A stretch of 64,000 nt of DNA, taken from Escherichia phage FFH2. Position numbers and translations under genes: made by a program. Below, piece by piece: positions 18,192-26,763 of the stretch. Positions within the stretch are counted from its first letter, which is position 1; every line of letters starts with the position of its first letter. The notes under the pieces were generated by a model that saw nothing but the letters and a program-made list of their open reading frames with translations, was not told the origin of the DNA and did not search any database. Where the stretch lies: the sequence record KJ190158. The stretch is one strand, 5' to 3'.

Positions 18192-18586
18192 AGATTGAGA
18201 TCACTAAAGAAGGTAAGAAAGTGTCTGGAGACTATGCAACAGTAATTCGAGATTTAATGTTTGAAACCACCAAGTTCGGCACATCTAAAGTTGGTCAAAC
18301 TGTTAGTGTGCAAGGCAATATCACCACAGGGGAGAAGATAATCATCGTGATCAAAGGACAAGATCCTGTGGAAGGAACAGTGGGCCGAGGAGGCTACCTG
18401 TGCATTTCTGAAGAACCGCGCATGCTGGTTGCTGATAACTCCACAGGTAAAAAGCGGGTATGTAACACGGACGAGGTGATGATTATCTATCCAGTCAATC
18501 CAGATGATCCGGCAACATGGATTGTGGGAAATGAAATCTTCTCTTTAGAAGAGTTATCCTTTCCAGCTCCGCGCTCTGTTCAGTAA
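18188..18586 (+). CDS. hypothetical protein
   Basis: 132-aa ORF whose start overlaps the upstream stop (ATGA). Confidence 0.55.
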   Translation: MKIEITKEGKKVSGDYATVIRDLMFETTKFGTSKVGQTVSVQGNITTGEKIIIVIKGQDPVEGTVGRGGYLCISEEPRMLVADNSTGKKRVCNTDEVMIIYPVNPDDPATWIVGNEIFSLEELSFPAPRSVQ

Positions 18587-18625
18587 TAATTTATCTTACC
18601 AGGGACGGTAGAAGTAGGAGGTAGC

Positions 18626-18859
18626 ATGAAAGTTAAATTTCTTACAGATTTAGGGTACCCTTCCTTGGTTGACTGCATTGGTAAAATTGTGGAAGCAAAA
18701 CGGCTATCTGCAAACGATAATGTTGTCATGGTTAAGGGAAAAGATTTATTAGCTGCAGGTGCAGAGTCTGGCAGGATCTCTCCTGACTATACATATTACT
18801 TATCTTTAAGTAATCTACCAGAACGAGGCGGCAAAGGCCTTGAAGTTGTGGAGGAGTGA
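18626..18859 (+). CDS. small paralogue family A member (MKVKxL...VEVVEE)
   Basis: MKVKFLTD...KGKDLLAAGAE...LEVVEE. It shares its N-terminal, central G-x-D-L-x-AAGA and C-terminal motifs with 22289-22513 and 22503-22757. Confidence 0.65.
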   Translation: MKVKFLTDLGYPSLVDCIGKIVEAKRLSANDNVVMVKGKDLLAAGAESGRISPDYTYYLSLSNLPERGGKGLEVVEE

Positions 18860-18864
18860 CAGGT

Positions 18865-19401
18865 ATGCTTCTGATTAACTGGGAAGACCTCTATGGGGAC
18901 AAAGACCCTGTTGCGTTTGTTGATCGTAGATGGAGATACACTGAAGAACAACTGGCTGCAAAAAATTTAACTGCGAAACGCAGAAAGATCATCCAGTGCA
19001 AGTACAAATACGCACAATTTGCTGCAAAAGTGTCTCCACAAATCGAGAGTTTTGTACTTAAATTGTATGACGAATACCTCAAGTTCAAATTGGATTTTGT
19101 ACAGGTGTACCGTGCACAGGTACGCCCAGATACCAACATATGTAGATGGAAGGTTGTTTGTGACGGTAAAGATTTGCCGCTCAGCTTGACAATTGAGTGG
19201 CGTTATGGGTATCATGAGTGTGGTCTGTATGATACTTGGGATGTCATTGTAGATCCTGCTAAGTACCTGAACACAGAGGAGCTGGAATATATCAATAAGG
19301 TTATTCTCGATATGTTTTTCAGATACACCCGTGAAAACTCTGAGAAAGAACGGGATGATTTTCTTGACACCATCAGCAACCATCTGCAGTATACAATTTA
19401 A
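18865..19401 (+). CDS. hypothetical protein
   Basis: ATG 18865 is preceded by GGAGGAG. Confidence 0.55.
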   Translation: MLLINWEDLYGDKDPVAFVDRRWRYTEEQLAAKNLTAKRRKIIQCKYKYAQFAAKVSPQIESFVLKLYDEYLKFKLDFVQVYRAQVRPDTNICRWKVVCDGKDLPLSLTIEWRYGYHECGLYDTWDVIVDPAKYLNTEELEYINKVILDMFFRYTRENSEKERDDFLDTISNHLQYTI

Positions 19402-19419
19402 CCTACAAAGGGAGGGCTA

Positions 19420-19644
19420 ATGAGTATAAATGTTGTGCTAATAGGCTACCTGGTAATAGCCGTTATAACAGCGGTATTCTTGACAGGTATATGCATCGTG
19501 TCTAGACGAAAGGTGAAGTTTGATGATTTTATCACCATCATCACTGCTGCACCTTTTTGGCCTATTGTTATCTTCATCGTAATAATGTGCCTAGTTGATT
19601 ACTACAAGAATATTCGTAAGGAGAAAAAGGAGAGTAGGGATTGA
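19420..19644 (+). CDS. small membrane protein (2 predicted TM helices)
   Basis: Two hydrophobic stretches (VVLIGYLVIAVITAVFLTGICIV and ITAAPFWPIVIFIVIMCLV). GGGAGGG SD. Confidence 0.6.
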   Translation: MSINVVLIGYLVIAVITAVFLTGICIVSRRKVKFDDFITIITAAPFWPIVIFIVIMCLVDYYKNIRKEKKESRD

Positions 19645-19875
19645 GACCGCACCTAAAACTGTTTATACTGTTCTTAAAGAGATTGCGTTCTACGCAGATC
19701 TTAGCCAGGCACCTTTATGGGAAAAGAGCATGTATTTAAAATGGTGCGTTAATTTAGGGAGACCTTCCAGTGTTTCAAGCCATGTTTATTGAGATGCTAT
19801 CTGGGGTATTGTTACTGGTAGCCATCTTAGGTGGTGCAGTTCTGATGTATAACTATCTTGAAAAAGGAGACAGCA

Positions 19876-20061
19876 ATGGCAAAAAATAAATCTTTAGAGC
19901 AGGCTGAAAACCTTCTCCACGAGCTGGTAAAGGAGTGGAAAGTTGAATACTCAGATTTTAATGCACGAGAGGGTGAAGATTATTGGCCTACGGAGCGCTC
20001 AGAGGGCGAATGGTATCAAGATTTTATAGAGTGGTTATATCAGACGTGCGATGAGGGGTGA
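19876..20061 (+). CDS. hypothetical acidic protein
   Basis: ATG 19876 is preceded by AAAGGAGA. Confidence 0.5.
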   Translation: MAKNKSLEQAENLLHELVKEWKVEYSDFNAREGEDYWPTERSEGEWYQDFIEWLYQTCDEG

Positions 20062-20063
20062 CG

Positions 20064-20519
20064 ATGTTTGTTAAATATGTAAAAACGTGCCTCAACAGTC
20101 TTGGCAGAGAGCATTGGTACACCTTACTTGAAAAAGGAGAAATTTTAACAAAATCTGGAAAGATAACTTTGATACCCTTGGACGATAAAGACCCGTCACT
20201 CCTTGTCATAGATGATTACGTTACAGGTGTGTCGTACGAGGTCTCTGTGGAGAGGTTAATACGCAGAGCTGGCGGCCCTTGTGATCAAAGAGAGTATGTT
20301 TTCGATTCCGTTACAGAGAGGGATCATCCGTCTTTAATGTTCAGGATGGTAATCAGGGATATGAGGTCATCTATAGATAGGATCGTAAAGGACATTAAGG
20401 AACCTTTTAGGGTAAAAGTTAAGAAGTTTTTTGATTCTAAGATTAACATACTTGCTGTTGTGCTAGGCGTAATTCAACTTCTGTTAATTTTGCACTATTT
20501 TGAACTGTTGTTTAAGTAG
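20064..20519 (+). CDS. hypothetical protein with C-terminal TM helix
   Basis: ATG 20064 is preceded by GAGGGG. The C terminus is hydrophobic (ILAVVLGVIQLLLILHYF). Confidence 0.55.
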   Translation: MFVKYVKTCLNSLGREHWYTLLEKGEILTKSGKITLIPLDDKDPSLLVIDDYVTGVSYEVSVERLIRRAGGPCDQREYVFDSVTERDHPSLMFRMVIRDMRSSIDRIVKDIKEPFRVKVKKFFDSKINILAVVLGVIQLLLILHYFELLFK

Positions 20520-20579
20520 TGTGCAACAAGGCACAAAGGATGTGCCATAATTAAACAAATTAAGAAAGAGGTAGAGAGA

Positions 20580-20927
20580 ATGTCAAAGATTAAATCGATA
20601 TTAATGTGGGTAGCTGTTGTGGCTTTTGTAGGATACTGGACTTGGGAAACTGAATTAAAAGATATCGGATATACCAGTCTTGAGAGCAAGGCATGCATTG
20701 GCATAACCGATGCATTCAGGCAAAATGCTATGGATCACGAATGTGTCGATGCAGATATAGATGAGAAACTGTCTAAGGACAAGGATTTTTACCATGGTCA
20801 TGCCTTGCTTGATAGTGGTGACACTGTAGAATTCTGGTCGTGGTTCCGTGAAGATGGAACAATAAAGACAGCAGTAAAGATTTCCAACAAAGAGTTAATG
20901 CTGTTGCAGCAGAAGGAGGTGCAATGA
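20580..20927 (+). CDS. hypothetical protein with N-terminal signal-anchor
   Basis: The N-terminal ILMWVAVVAFVGYW is hydrophobic. AGAGGTAGAGAG SD. Confidence 0.55.
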   Translation: MSKIKSILMWVAVVAFVGYWTWETELKDIGYTSLESKACIGITDAFRQNAMDHECVDADIDEKLSKDKDFYHGHALLDSGDTVEFWSWFREDGTIKTAVKISNKELMLLQQKEVQ

Positions 20928-21211
20928 TTTGGATATCCTACACTGATGGCACCATGCTGTATACTGCAGGTACTAGGTATGAAGTTCAGGAGGACGATAA
21001 AAAATTTATCGTAAAAACATTTGACAAGGACGACAACCTTTTGTTAGAATTGACTTACAAGGTTGGGGAGGTATCTAGCATCCAATTGGATTGCGGTCAT
21101 AAAGATAACCCGCTCAAGAAACCTGGGGTAGGTAAAGCTTCAGAAGAACGCCTGTCTCGTATTGCAGAAAGCGTTTCTGCACAAAAATCTAAGAAGAGGA
21201 TTAGAAAATGA
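20924..21211 (+). CDS. hypothetical protein
   Basis: The start overlaps the upstream stop. GGAGG SD. Confidence 0.55.
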   Translation: MIWISYTDGTMLYTAGTRYEVQEDDKKFIVKTFDKDDNLLLELTYKVGEVSSIQLDCGHKDNPLKKPGVGKASEERLSRIAESVSAQKSKKRIRK

Positions 21212-21408
21212 GTGACAAAATTCTTAAATTTAATACCTACTATGAGAATGATTTGAACGATCTGTATTATATAGTGCGTAGCGAAAACCCAAATGTAGTA
21301 CTGTTTTGCCGAGAACCTTTCAAAAAAGAGGAGATTGAATCTACCATGGATGTGGATCAGATTTCACACCTGCTGCTCCTTGGATCATTAAAAGAGGCAG
21401 TATTCTAA
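21208..21408 (+). CDS. hypothetical protein
   Basis: The start overlaps the upstream stop (ATGA). Confidence 0.5.
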   Translation: MSDKILKFNTYYENDLNDLYYIVRSENPNVVLFCREPFKKEEIESTMDVDQISHLLLLGSLKEAVF

Positions 21409-21427
21409 ACCAGGATGGAGGGTTTTT

Positions 21428-21613
21428 ATGAAGCACTATTGTCTGTCTGGTAGAATGGGTGCAGATTGTGATTGGGTTTTCTTAAAACTTGTCAGCATTC
21501 GAGAGTCCATTTCAGAGGAAGAGCAAGAAAGTGAGCTAATGTCCTGGATCAACCATTACGGTAACACTTTTCGGCATGTTAAGGTAGAAGAGTTGCCAAG
21601 TGAGGCTGATTGA
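21428..21613 (+). CDS. hypothetical protein
   Basis: 61-aa ORF with a GGATGGAGGG SD. Confidence 0.5.
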   Translation: MKHYCLSGRMGADCDWVFLKLVSIRESISEEEQESELMSWINHYGNTFRHVKVEELPSEAD

Positions 21614-21615
21614 CT

Positions 21616-21705
21616 ATGATTGCATCAATATTAACGTTTATGGGTGGCGTGGCATTCGGATTCATTGTTTGCCTGTTTATAGTGATTATGTCTATGCGAG
21701 GCTGA
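21616..21705 (+). CDS. hydrophobic micro-protein (29 aa)
   Basis: MIASILTFMGGVAFGFIVCLFIVIMSMRG exactly fills the gap between neighbours. Below the ORF-track cutoff. Confidence 0.4.
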   Translation: MIASILTFMGGVAFGFIVCLFIVIMSMRG

Positions 21706-21708
21706 ATT

Positions 21709-22005
21709 ATGAAACTTTTTGAGTGGTTTAAAAAGTTTAAATATAAAGCTGTAGCCATCGTGCCGTGGTCCATTCAGTGGGTTGATGAAGGTGGTCTACC
21801 AATACCTGGTGACAAAGATACTGGGTACTGGATTATGATGGAGAACGGGTTTGGAAAGCGAAAGTATACGTGCACAAACTCTACTCGATCTGCGCTTAAT
21901 AGAGTGCCTGGTTACAAACTTATGGTTGTGTGGAAAATGTCAGGCGTGCCTCCAGCTAATGCTCAATTTCTTACTGACAATCCGACCACGGTAGAGGAAG
22001 ATTGA
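21709..22005 (+). CDS. hypothetical protein
   Basis: 98-aa ORF in the co-oriented array. Confidence 0.55.
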   Translation: MKLFEWFKKFKYKAVAIVPWSIQWVDEGGLPIPGDKDTGYWIMMENGFGKRKYTCTNSTRSALNRVPGYKLMVVWKMSGVPPANAQFLTDNPTTVEED

Positions 22006-22007
22006 TA

Positions 22008-22289
22008 ATGAAAAAGATTAACAGTGGTGAAGTTGAGTTTAAACTTGTCGGGAAAGGCACTTACTGGGAAGTTCGTCAAAAGGTATATTTGTTCGGTCTT
22101 ATTCCCTATTGGTCTAAATTCTACTGGGGAGCTAACGAGTGGGGAAGATACGCCACCAAATCAATGGCACTTATTGGTATAGCAGAGTACATTGCAGCCA
22201 GAGATAGGGTTGGAGACACTTATTACTATACTGCGGACGATATTCGTAACAGTGTTTACGTCCCACAACCACCTGATGGAGACCGTTGA
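22008..22289 (+). CDS. hypothetical protein
   Basis: ATG 22008. The stop overlaps the next start. Confidence 0.55.
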   Translation: MKKINSGEVEFKLVGKGTYWEVRQKVYLFGLIPYWSKFYWGANEWGRYATKSMALIGIAEYIAARDRVGDTYYYTADDIRNSVYVPQPPDGDR

Positions 22290-22513
22290 TGAAAGTTAAA
22301 GTTTTAGATTCAAGCTTCTATATTGGTCAGGAGCCTTTAGTAGGAAAAGTGTTTACTGCTGTCCCTAACGAAGATTACCCTGACCTTTTAAAAATAAAAG
22401 GAGCAGATCTTATTGCCGCTGGTGCATCTCAGGAATGCTTTGACAGTCAGTGGACCTACAACTTTGCCCTAGGTGAGGATGTAGAGGTAGTGGAGGACGA
22501 TCATGAAGGTTAA
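22289..22513 (+). CDS. small paralogue family A member
   Basis: MKVKVLDSSFYIGQEPLVGKV...KGADLIAAGAS...GEDVEVVED. Confidence 0.65.
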   Translation: MKVKVLDSSFYIGQEPLVGKVFTAVPNEDYPDLLKIKGADLIAAGASQECFDSQWTYNFALGEDVEVVEDDHEG

Positions 22514-22757
22514 AATTCTTGATTCTAACGTCTACTTGGGACAATCCTTCCTGAATGGAAAGGTCGTTCCTGCGGTATACTTTGAAGGGTTGCCGTGGGA
22601 TGATCCTGTGCGGCAACATCACAGTTATGTAGGCCACAACGTGGTGTTTATCTTGGGATCAGACCTGATCACCGCTGGTGCACCTGAATATTATTTCGGG
22701 GAAGAGTCCTACTATGCCTTTGGGGTAGGGTCAGATGCAGATATTGTAGAGCTGTGA
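22503..22757 (+). CDS. small paralogue family A member
   Basis: MKVKILDSNVYLGQSFLNGKV...GSDLITAGAP...GVGSDADIVEL. Confidence 0.65.
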   Translation: MKVKILDSNVYLGQSFLNGKVVPAVYFEGLPWDDPVRQHHSYVGHNVVFILGSDLITAGAPEYYFGEESYYAFGVGSDADIVEL

Positions 22758-22769
22758 TGGGTAACCGTT

Positions 22770-23168
22770 GTGAAAAATAAACTGTTTAAAGTTACAATGA
22801 AAATTCGCGGGGCTTGGAGCGTAAAGCAAGGGCGTATTCCAGAATTTGAGAAAGACTTCTACGTAGTCTCCACCTCGGAGGAGGCTGCATGCTGGCAGGC
22901 TGGCTATGCCTATGCAAGAACCTGGTACGAAGGGTACCAGACTGGGGGCTATGACGGAGAAATTATCAGCAAGGGTGTAGAAGAAATTAATGTGTTGACA
23001 AGTGAAAAAGTTTTTGTTATAGTGCATCCAGATTCCAGAGTGAAGCATTACTGGAATGCCAGAACAAAAACTTGGACACCGTTTGCAGATTCTGCTACGC
23101 CACTTTTAAACCAGAAAGCTCTTGACTCTGCCCCAAGTTATGGGGTTGTTGAAGAAAAGCTAAACTGA
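22770..23168 (+). CDS. hypothetical protein, paralogue of 24975-25370
   Basis: It shares FV..HP.S....YW......WTP....AT.L with the 131-aa protein at 24975. The start is uncertain (GTG 22770 or ATG 22797). Confidence 0.55.
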   Translation: MKNKLFKVTMKIRGAWSVKQGRIPEFEKDFYVVSTSEEAACWQAGYAYARTWYEGYQTGGYDGEIISKGVEEINVLTSEKVFVIVHPDSRVKHYWNARTKTWTPFADSATPLLNQKALDSAPSYGVVEEKLN

Positions 23169-23185
23169 AACAGTGAGGTGTCACC

Positions 23186-23476
23186 ATGATGGATTTAATT
23201 CTAAATATTGATAACGCAGGAGAGTTTAAAGACGATGGTGTAACAAGCATGGACAAACCCTGCTCTGCTAAGGTTGACTCAAAATGGACCTACAAGTTTG
23301 ACGGAGAGATCTTCGCAAATGATGAGAAGGTTGTAGATGCTGCAGCCATTTTAAACGCTCTAGGGTACGACCCTGTGAATTCTTTGATCAAGGATCCTGT
23401 TGAGTTTGCAGAGTATGTTCGAAAAATGGCAGATCTTGCTGTGGATATTTTAAAAACTATCGACAACAAGCTGTAA
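23186..23476 (+). CDS. hypothetical acidic protein
   Basis: 96-aa ORF with a GTGAGGTG SD. Confidence 0.55.
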   Translation: MMDLILNIDNAGEFKDDGVTSMDKPCSAKVDSKWTYKFDGEIFANDEKVVDAAAILNALGYDPVNSLIKDPVEFAEYVRKMADLAVDILKTIDNKL

Positions 23477-23482
23477 AAACTG

Positions 23483-23511
23483 TTGACACAACGCTTCAGA
23501 TTTAGTATCAT
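23483..23511 (+). promoter_or_regulatory. sigma70-type promoter in front of the HPF-like gene
   Basis: TTGACA-17 nt-TATCAT, followed by an AGAGGG-tttggtt-CCCTCT hairpin (23521-23539) and an AAGGA SD. Confidence 0.65.
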
Positions 23512-23558
23512 TGTTTTCAAAGAGGGTTTGGTTCCCTCTTCTTTAAAAGGAACACGTT

Positions 23559-23876
23559 ATGCAAATTGAAATCACTGGCAACGTAGAAATCACTGAAGGT
23601 ATGGTGTCTTTCATTTCCCACAAAATGTCTAAGCTGGAGCGTTTGCACCCCTCTGCCAACTATGCACGTGTGAGTGTAAAAGTTGAAAATGATCACCAGG
23701 AAGTTATGGCGCTCATTTTTGACAATTCTGGAAAAGAAGTTATTGCCAGGGCTAAAGGTAGTGATGCTTACGAGGCAACTGACCGTATGGTAGATGTTGC
23801 AGCACGTCAGCTGGCTAAATGCGGTGGAAAGAAAGGTAAGGGGAAAGGCAAAGTAAAGATTGACTTTGGAGAATGA
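23559..23876 (+). CDS. hpf: Ribosome hibernation promoting factor / RaiA (S30EA) family protein
   Basis: MQIEITGNVEITEGMVSFISHKMSKLERL...VSVKVEN...GSDAYEATDRMVDVAARQLAK aligns along its length with E. coli HPF (MQLNITGNNVEITEALREFVTAKFAKLEQY...VVLKVEK...GQDMYAAIDGLIDKLARQLTK). It is the short form, with a basic KGKGKGK tail. Confidence 0.8.
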   Translation: MQIEITGNVEITEGMVSFISHKMSKLERLHPSANYARVSVKVENDHQEVMALIFDNSGKEVIARAKGSDAYEATDRMVDVAARQLAKCGGKKGKGKGKVKIDFGE

Positions 23877-23885
23877 GGTGCTACA

Positions 23886-23987
23886 ATGGGCGTGATTAAG
23901 AAACTAGTCCCAAATGTAGAGATTGCATGCTTTGAAATTATGTTTGCAATCGCAGTTGTAGTTAATGTGTTAGGTTACGGCTATTAA
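23886..23987 (+). CDS. hydrophobic micro-protein (33 aa)
   Basis: MGVIKKLVPNVEIACFEIMFAIAVVVNVLGYGY with a GAGGTG SD. Below the ORF-track cutoff. Confidence 0.4.
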   Translation: MGVIKKLVPNVEIACFEIMFAIAVVVNVLGYGY

Positions 23988-24013
23988 TATCAAATAATTG
24001 AGGAGACCTCTAA

Positions 24014-24283
24014 ATGAAAATTAAATTATTCAAAACTGAGCTGGCAGACAAAAACTGTGGACTGGTTGAAGGCATGATTGTCGAAGCACGACCAGTTGAC
24101 TATATGAAGGTGGTTCGTGATGCCCTGGGTGAAGGTTTTGATCTGATGGAGCCAGCTCTGCGAGAAGATGTTATCGAGATGGCTAAAAAGCACACACCTG
24201 AAGGAATGGTGGTGTTTGTTGCACCAGGTAACGGAGAAGAGTTGATTGTAACTCCGGATGTGTATGAGATTGTAGAGGAATAA
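24014..24283 (+). CDS. small paralogue family A-related protein
   Basis: MKIKLFKTE...VVFVAPGNGEELIVTPDVYEIVEE. GAGGAGA SD. Confidence 0.6.
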   Translation: MKIKLFKTELADKNCGLVEGMIVEARPVDYMKVVRDALGEGFDLMEPALREDVIEMAKKHTPEGMVVFVAPGNGEELIVTPDVYEIVEE

Positions 24284-24374
24284 TCCTGCTTGGATTAGCA
24301 TACTTCCTCGACAAGGAAGGTTTGTAATTATTTGTGGGAAAGGAATCCCAATCTCTTACCATAGGTGATACTAT

Positions 24375-24638
24375 ATGATTGTTTATTTTAAAACTTCAGG
24401 TGGATACCCTGATTCTCAAAGCTTGATCGGAAAAACGTGCACAGCATACTCACCTCTTGATGAGGAGGTAGGCGATATTCTACGAAATATGTATCGGATT
24501 GATCCCCAAGAAGCCTTTGATCAAAACCTTGTATTTGTCAAGGGCTCAGACATGAAGTCTTTGGGAGCATTCCCTGAAGCAGATGATGATGCCGTTTATT
24601 CGTTCATGACCCCTTTTGAAGCTATGGTTGTCGGGTGA
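24375..24638 (+). CDS. small paralogue family A member
   Basis: ...SLIGKTCTAY...LVFVKGSDMKSLGAFPE... Confidence 0.6.
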   Translation: MIVYFKTSGGYPDSQSLIGKTCTAYSPLDEEVGDILRNMYRIDPQEAFDQNLVFVKGSDMKSLGAFPEADDDAVYSFMTPFEAMVVG

Positions 24639-24642
24639 TAAT

Positions 24643-24975
24643 ATGAAAGTACGCTTTATTGGTGAAACAATTCCTGTGCATCTCCGGTCGCCTGAAGATT
24701 CTGCAGATCTTGCATCTCAGAAGGCGAGAGGTTATGATAAGAAAGTAATCTCAACCGATGTAGAACTTGAGGCTACTAGTCTACCTGACCCTGCTGCATT
24801 CTTTAATCATTATGGATACTATTTCAGCAATCTGATGAATATCGGTGAGCTTGTGTTTATTAGTGGTGGAGAAATTGTTAGCAAGCTTGGCGGCGATCCG
24901 GATGTCTTTCATGAAACCTGTCCTTTTGCATTTGTGGTAGGTTCAGATGTGGAAGTTATTGAGGAGGTGCGGTAA
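24643..24975 (+). CDS. small paralogue family A member
   Basis: MKVRFIGE...LVFISGGEIVSKLGGDP...FVVGSDVEVIEEVR. The start is set at ATG 24643, after the upstream stop. Confidence 0.6.
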   Translation: MKVRFIGETIPVHLRSPEDSADLASQKARGYDKKVISTDVELEATSLPDPAAFFNHYGYYFSNLMNIGELVFISGGEIVSKLGGDPDVFHETCPFAFVVGSDVEVIEEVR

Positions 24976-25370
24976 TGGTAAGCCTATACCGTGTTGAGTA
25001 TAGCTCAGATACTGTGTACAACGTAAGAAGCAAAGATCGCAGCGACAGAGTGCAAGAAATGTATGTTCTTGCCGACAGTCCGTTATCTGCAGCGTTCAAG
25101 GCAGGGGCTCTTGCATCTCGTTGGAAATTTGAAGGCGGATCTTTCTATGAAGAAACCCTTGAAGATTCTGTTGTTATTTCTTCTGTAGAGGTTTCAGATG
25201 ACTACGAAGGGAAAAAGTTCGTAATGCGGCACCCACACAGCAACATTGCGTACTACTGGGATGTTCTGAACAACGAGTGGACCCCAGATCTTCAGAAGGC
25301 TACTGTGCTAACACCGTTTTTGGCAGATAAGTTCCCACCAGAAGGTAATTTATCCGCACTGTTTCAGTAA
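24975..25370 (+). CDS. hypothetical protein, paralogue of 22770-23168
   Basis: FVMRHPHSNIAYYWDVLNNEWTPDLQKATVLTP compares with FVIVHPDSRVKHYWNARTKTWTPFADSATPLLN. Confidence 0.6.
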   Translation: MVSLYRVEYSSDTVYNVRSKDRSDRVQEMYVLADSPLSAAFKAGALASRWKFEGGSFYEETLEDSVVISSVEVSDDYEGKKFVMRHPHSNIAYYWDVLNNEWTPDLQKATVLTPFLADKFPPEGNLSALFQ

Positions 25371-25378
25371 TTTTCTTG

Positions 25379-25417
25379 CACACAGGTGTTGACAACACCA
25401 ACCCTGTGTGAAATAAT
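25379..25417 (+). promoter_or_regulatory. sigma70-like promoter with its -35 box inside an 8-bp inverted repeat
   Basis: CACACAGG-tgTTGACAacaccaac-CCTGTGTG, then AATAAT 17 nt after the -35 box. Confidence 0.5.
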
Positions 25418-25449
25418 ACCTTCATCTTAACAAGACGGGAGACTGATTG

Positions 25450-25707
25450 ATGAAGATTAAACTGAAAAACCTTGAAATGGCAGAGATTCAGGATGGTGTT
25501 GATTTCCGCTCTAAAGATGGTGACATCTTAGAGGTAAATCTTCCAACCTACGAGCTGATTAAAGGTTTTGGCAACGTTCAGGAAGAGGATATTCCAGAAA
25601 TTCTTATGATGTTGATTCTTGACGGAACTGTGTTTGTAGGTGAAGGTGAGAACGCTATTGCAATCCCAGGCCATTTTTATGAAGTAGTTGACGAAGAGGT
25701 GCTGTAA
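25450..25707 (+). CDS. small paralogue family A-related protein
   Basis: MKIKLKNLE...TVFVGEGENAIAIPGHFYEVVDEEVL. Confidence 0.6.
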   Translation: MKIKLKNLEMAEIQDGVDFRSKDGDILEVNLPTYELIKGFGNVQEEDIPEILMMLILDGTVFVGEGENAIAIPGHFYEVVDEEVL

Positions 25708-26058
25708 ATGAAAGTAGAAATTACCGGTTTTGATGTGAATGTGGTTCCGGAAGATATTTTAGCTAAACTTCCAGAAGGTTTTGGTAACGGCGTTGTGGTG
25801 GATGCTGTTCCTCCTACCAAAGACATTCTGCTGCAGTATGGTGTAGCAGAGGAAGATGTCGATAAAGTTCTTACAATGATGGCAATCGATCGTGTTGTCG
25901 TTGTTAAAGGTCTCGATAATTTTGAGAGTGATCCACTGATTATTCGTGGAGATGACTACAAAATCATCGATAATGAAGGCCAAGAGTTCTATGAGCCTTG
26001 TGCAGAAGATATTCTTAACTTATTACTGGAAGCAGGCACCGAAGAGGAGGACGAATAA
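25708..26058 (+). CDS. small paralogue family A-related protein
   Basis: MKVEITGFD...VVVVKGLDNFESDPLIIRGDDYKIIDNE... Confidence 0.6.
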   Translation: MKVEITGFDVNVVPEDILAKLPEGFGNGVVVDAVPPTKDILLQYGVAEEDVDKVLTMMAIDRVVVVKGLDNFESDPLIIRGDDYKIIDNEGQEFYEPCAEDILNLLLEAGTEEEDE

Positions 26059-26387
26059 TGAAGATTGACCCGTTACTGAAGGCTCGTGCAGAAAAAGCGT
26101 ACACCATTAAGTTGACCAACTTGGTTCCTACTTGTCATCCGGATGTAGGTTGGCCCGAAGGTTTGGTGGAGGGAACTGTAACAGCTGCATACCTTCCTAA
26201 CATCAAATACCTCATGGAAATCTTGGAGCTGGATGAGGAAACGGCAGAAGAGTTCCAGTTGGACATGAAACAAAGTGGGACTCTGGTTATTCACGGGTGG
26301 TATAATACTAAAGATGCAGAAGACCCTCTGGTAACTTCTAATCTGGCATATGAAATCTTAGGGCCTTTGAACCTGGAGGAAGACTAA
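26058..26387 (+). CDS. small paralogue family A-related protein
   Basis: ...TLVIHGWYNTKDAEDPLVTSNLAYEILGP... The start overlaps the upstream stop. Confidence 0.55.
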   Translation: MKIDPLLKARAEKAYTIKLTNLVPTCHPDVGWPEGLVEGTVTAAYLPNIKYLMEILELDEETAEEFQLDMKQSGTLVIHGWYNTKDAEDPLVTSNLAYEILGPLNLEED

Positions 26388-26674
26388 TGAAAGATCTGGT
26401 TAAGATTAAGATTAAAGATACCAATGGAGAACTCAGTCATTTTGGAATTAATGATGGTGACGAGCTGATCGCACACCTGCCTACCAAGGAGGTTGTAAGC
26501 AAAGCAGTTGCCGGAGAAGAAGCTGCAATGCAGGCTGCAGGTGTGGATGAAAACTATGTAGCTATGTGCATGTGCCGAGATCAGGTTGTTCTGTATAAAG
26601 CGTATCGACCAAACGGAGCCACGGAGTGGCTTGTATTCCGACCCGAAGGATATGAAATCTTAGAGGCACTATGA
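26387..26674 (+). CDS. small paralogue family A-related protein
   Basis: MKDLVKIKIKD...VVLYKAYRPNGATEWLVFRPEGYEILEAL. Confidence 0.55.
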   Translation: MKDLVKIKIKDTNGELSHFGINDGDELIAHLPTKEVVSKAVAGEEAAMQAAGVDENYVAMCMCRDQVVLYKAYRPNGATEWLVFRPEGYEILEAL

Positions 26675-26754
26675 TAAATCTTGCCAAGGTTGCAACGGCA
26701 CTGTTAATTATTTGCTGGTCAGTAACCTTAACACTGTGTCTTGTATTTCAGTGA
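26671..26754 (+). CDS. hydrophobic micro-protein (27 aa)
   Basis: MINLAKVATALLIICWSVTLTLCLVFQ. The start overlaps the upstream stop (ATGA). Below the ORF-track cutoff. Confidence 0.35.
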   Translation: MINLAKVATALLIICWSVTLTLCLVFQ

Positions 26755-26763
26755 GGTGCTTGT

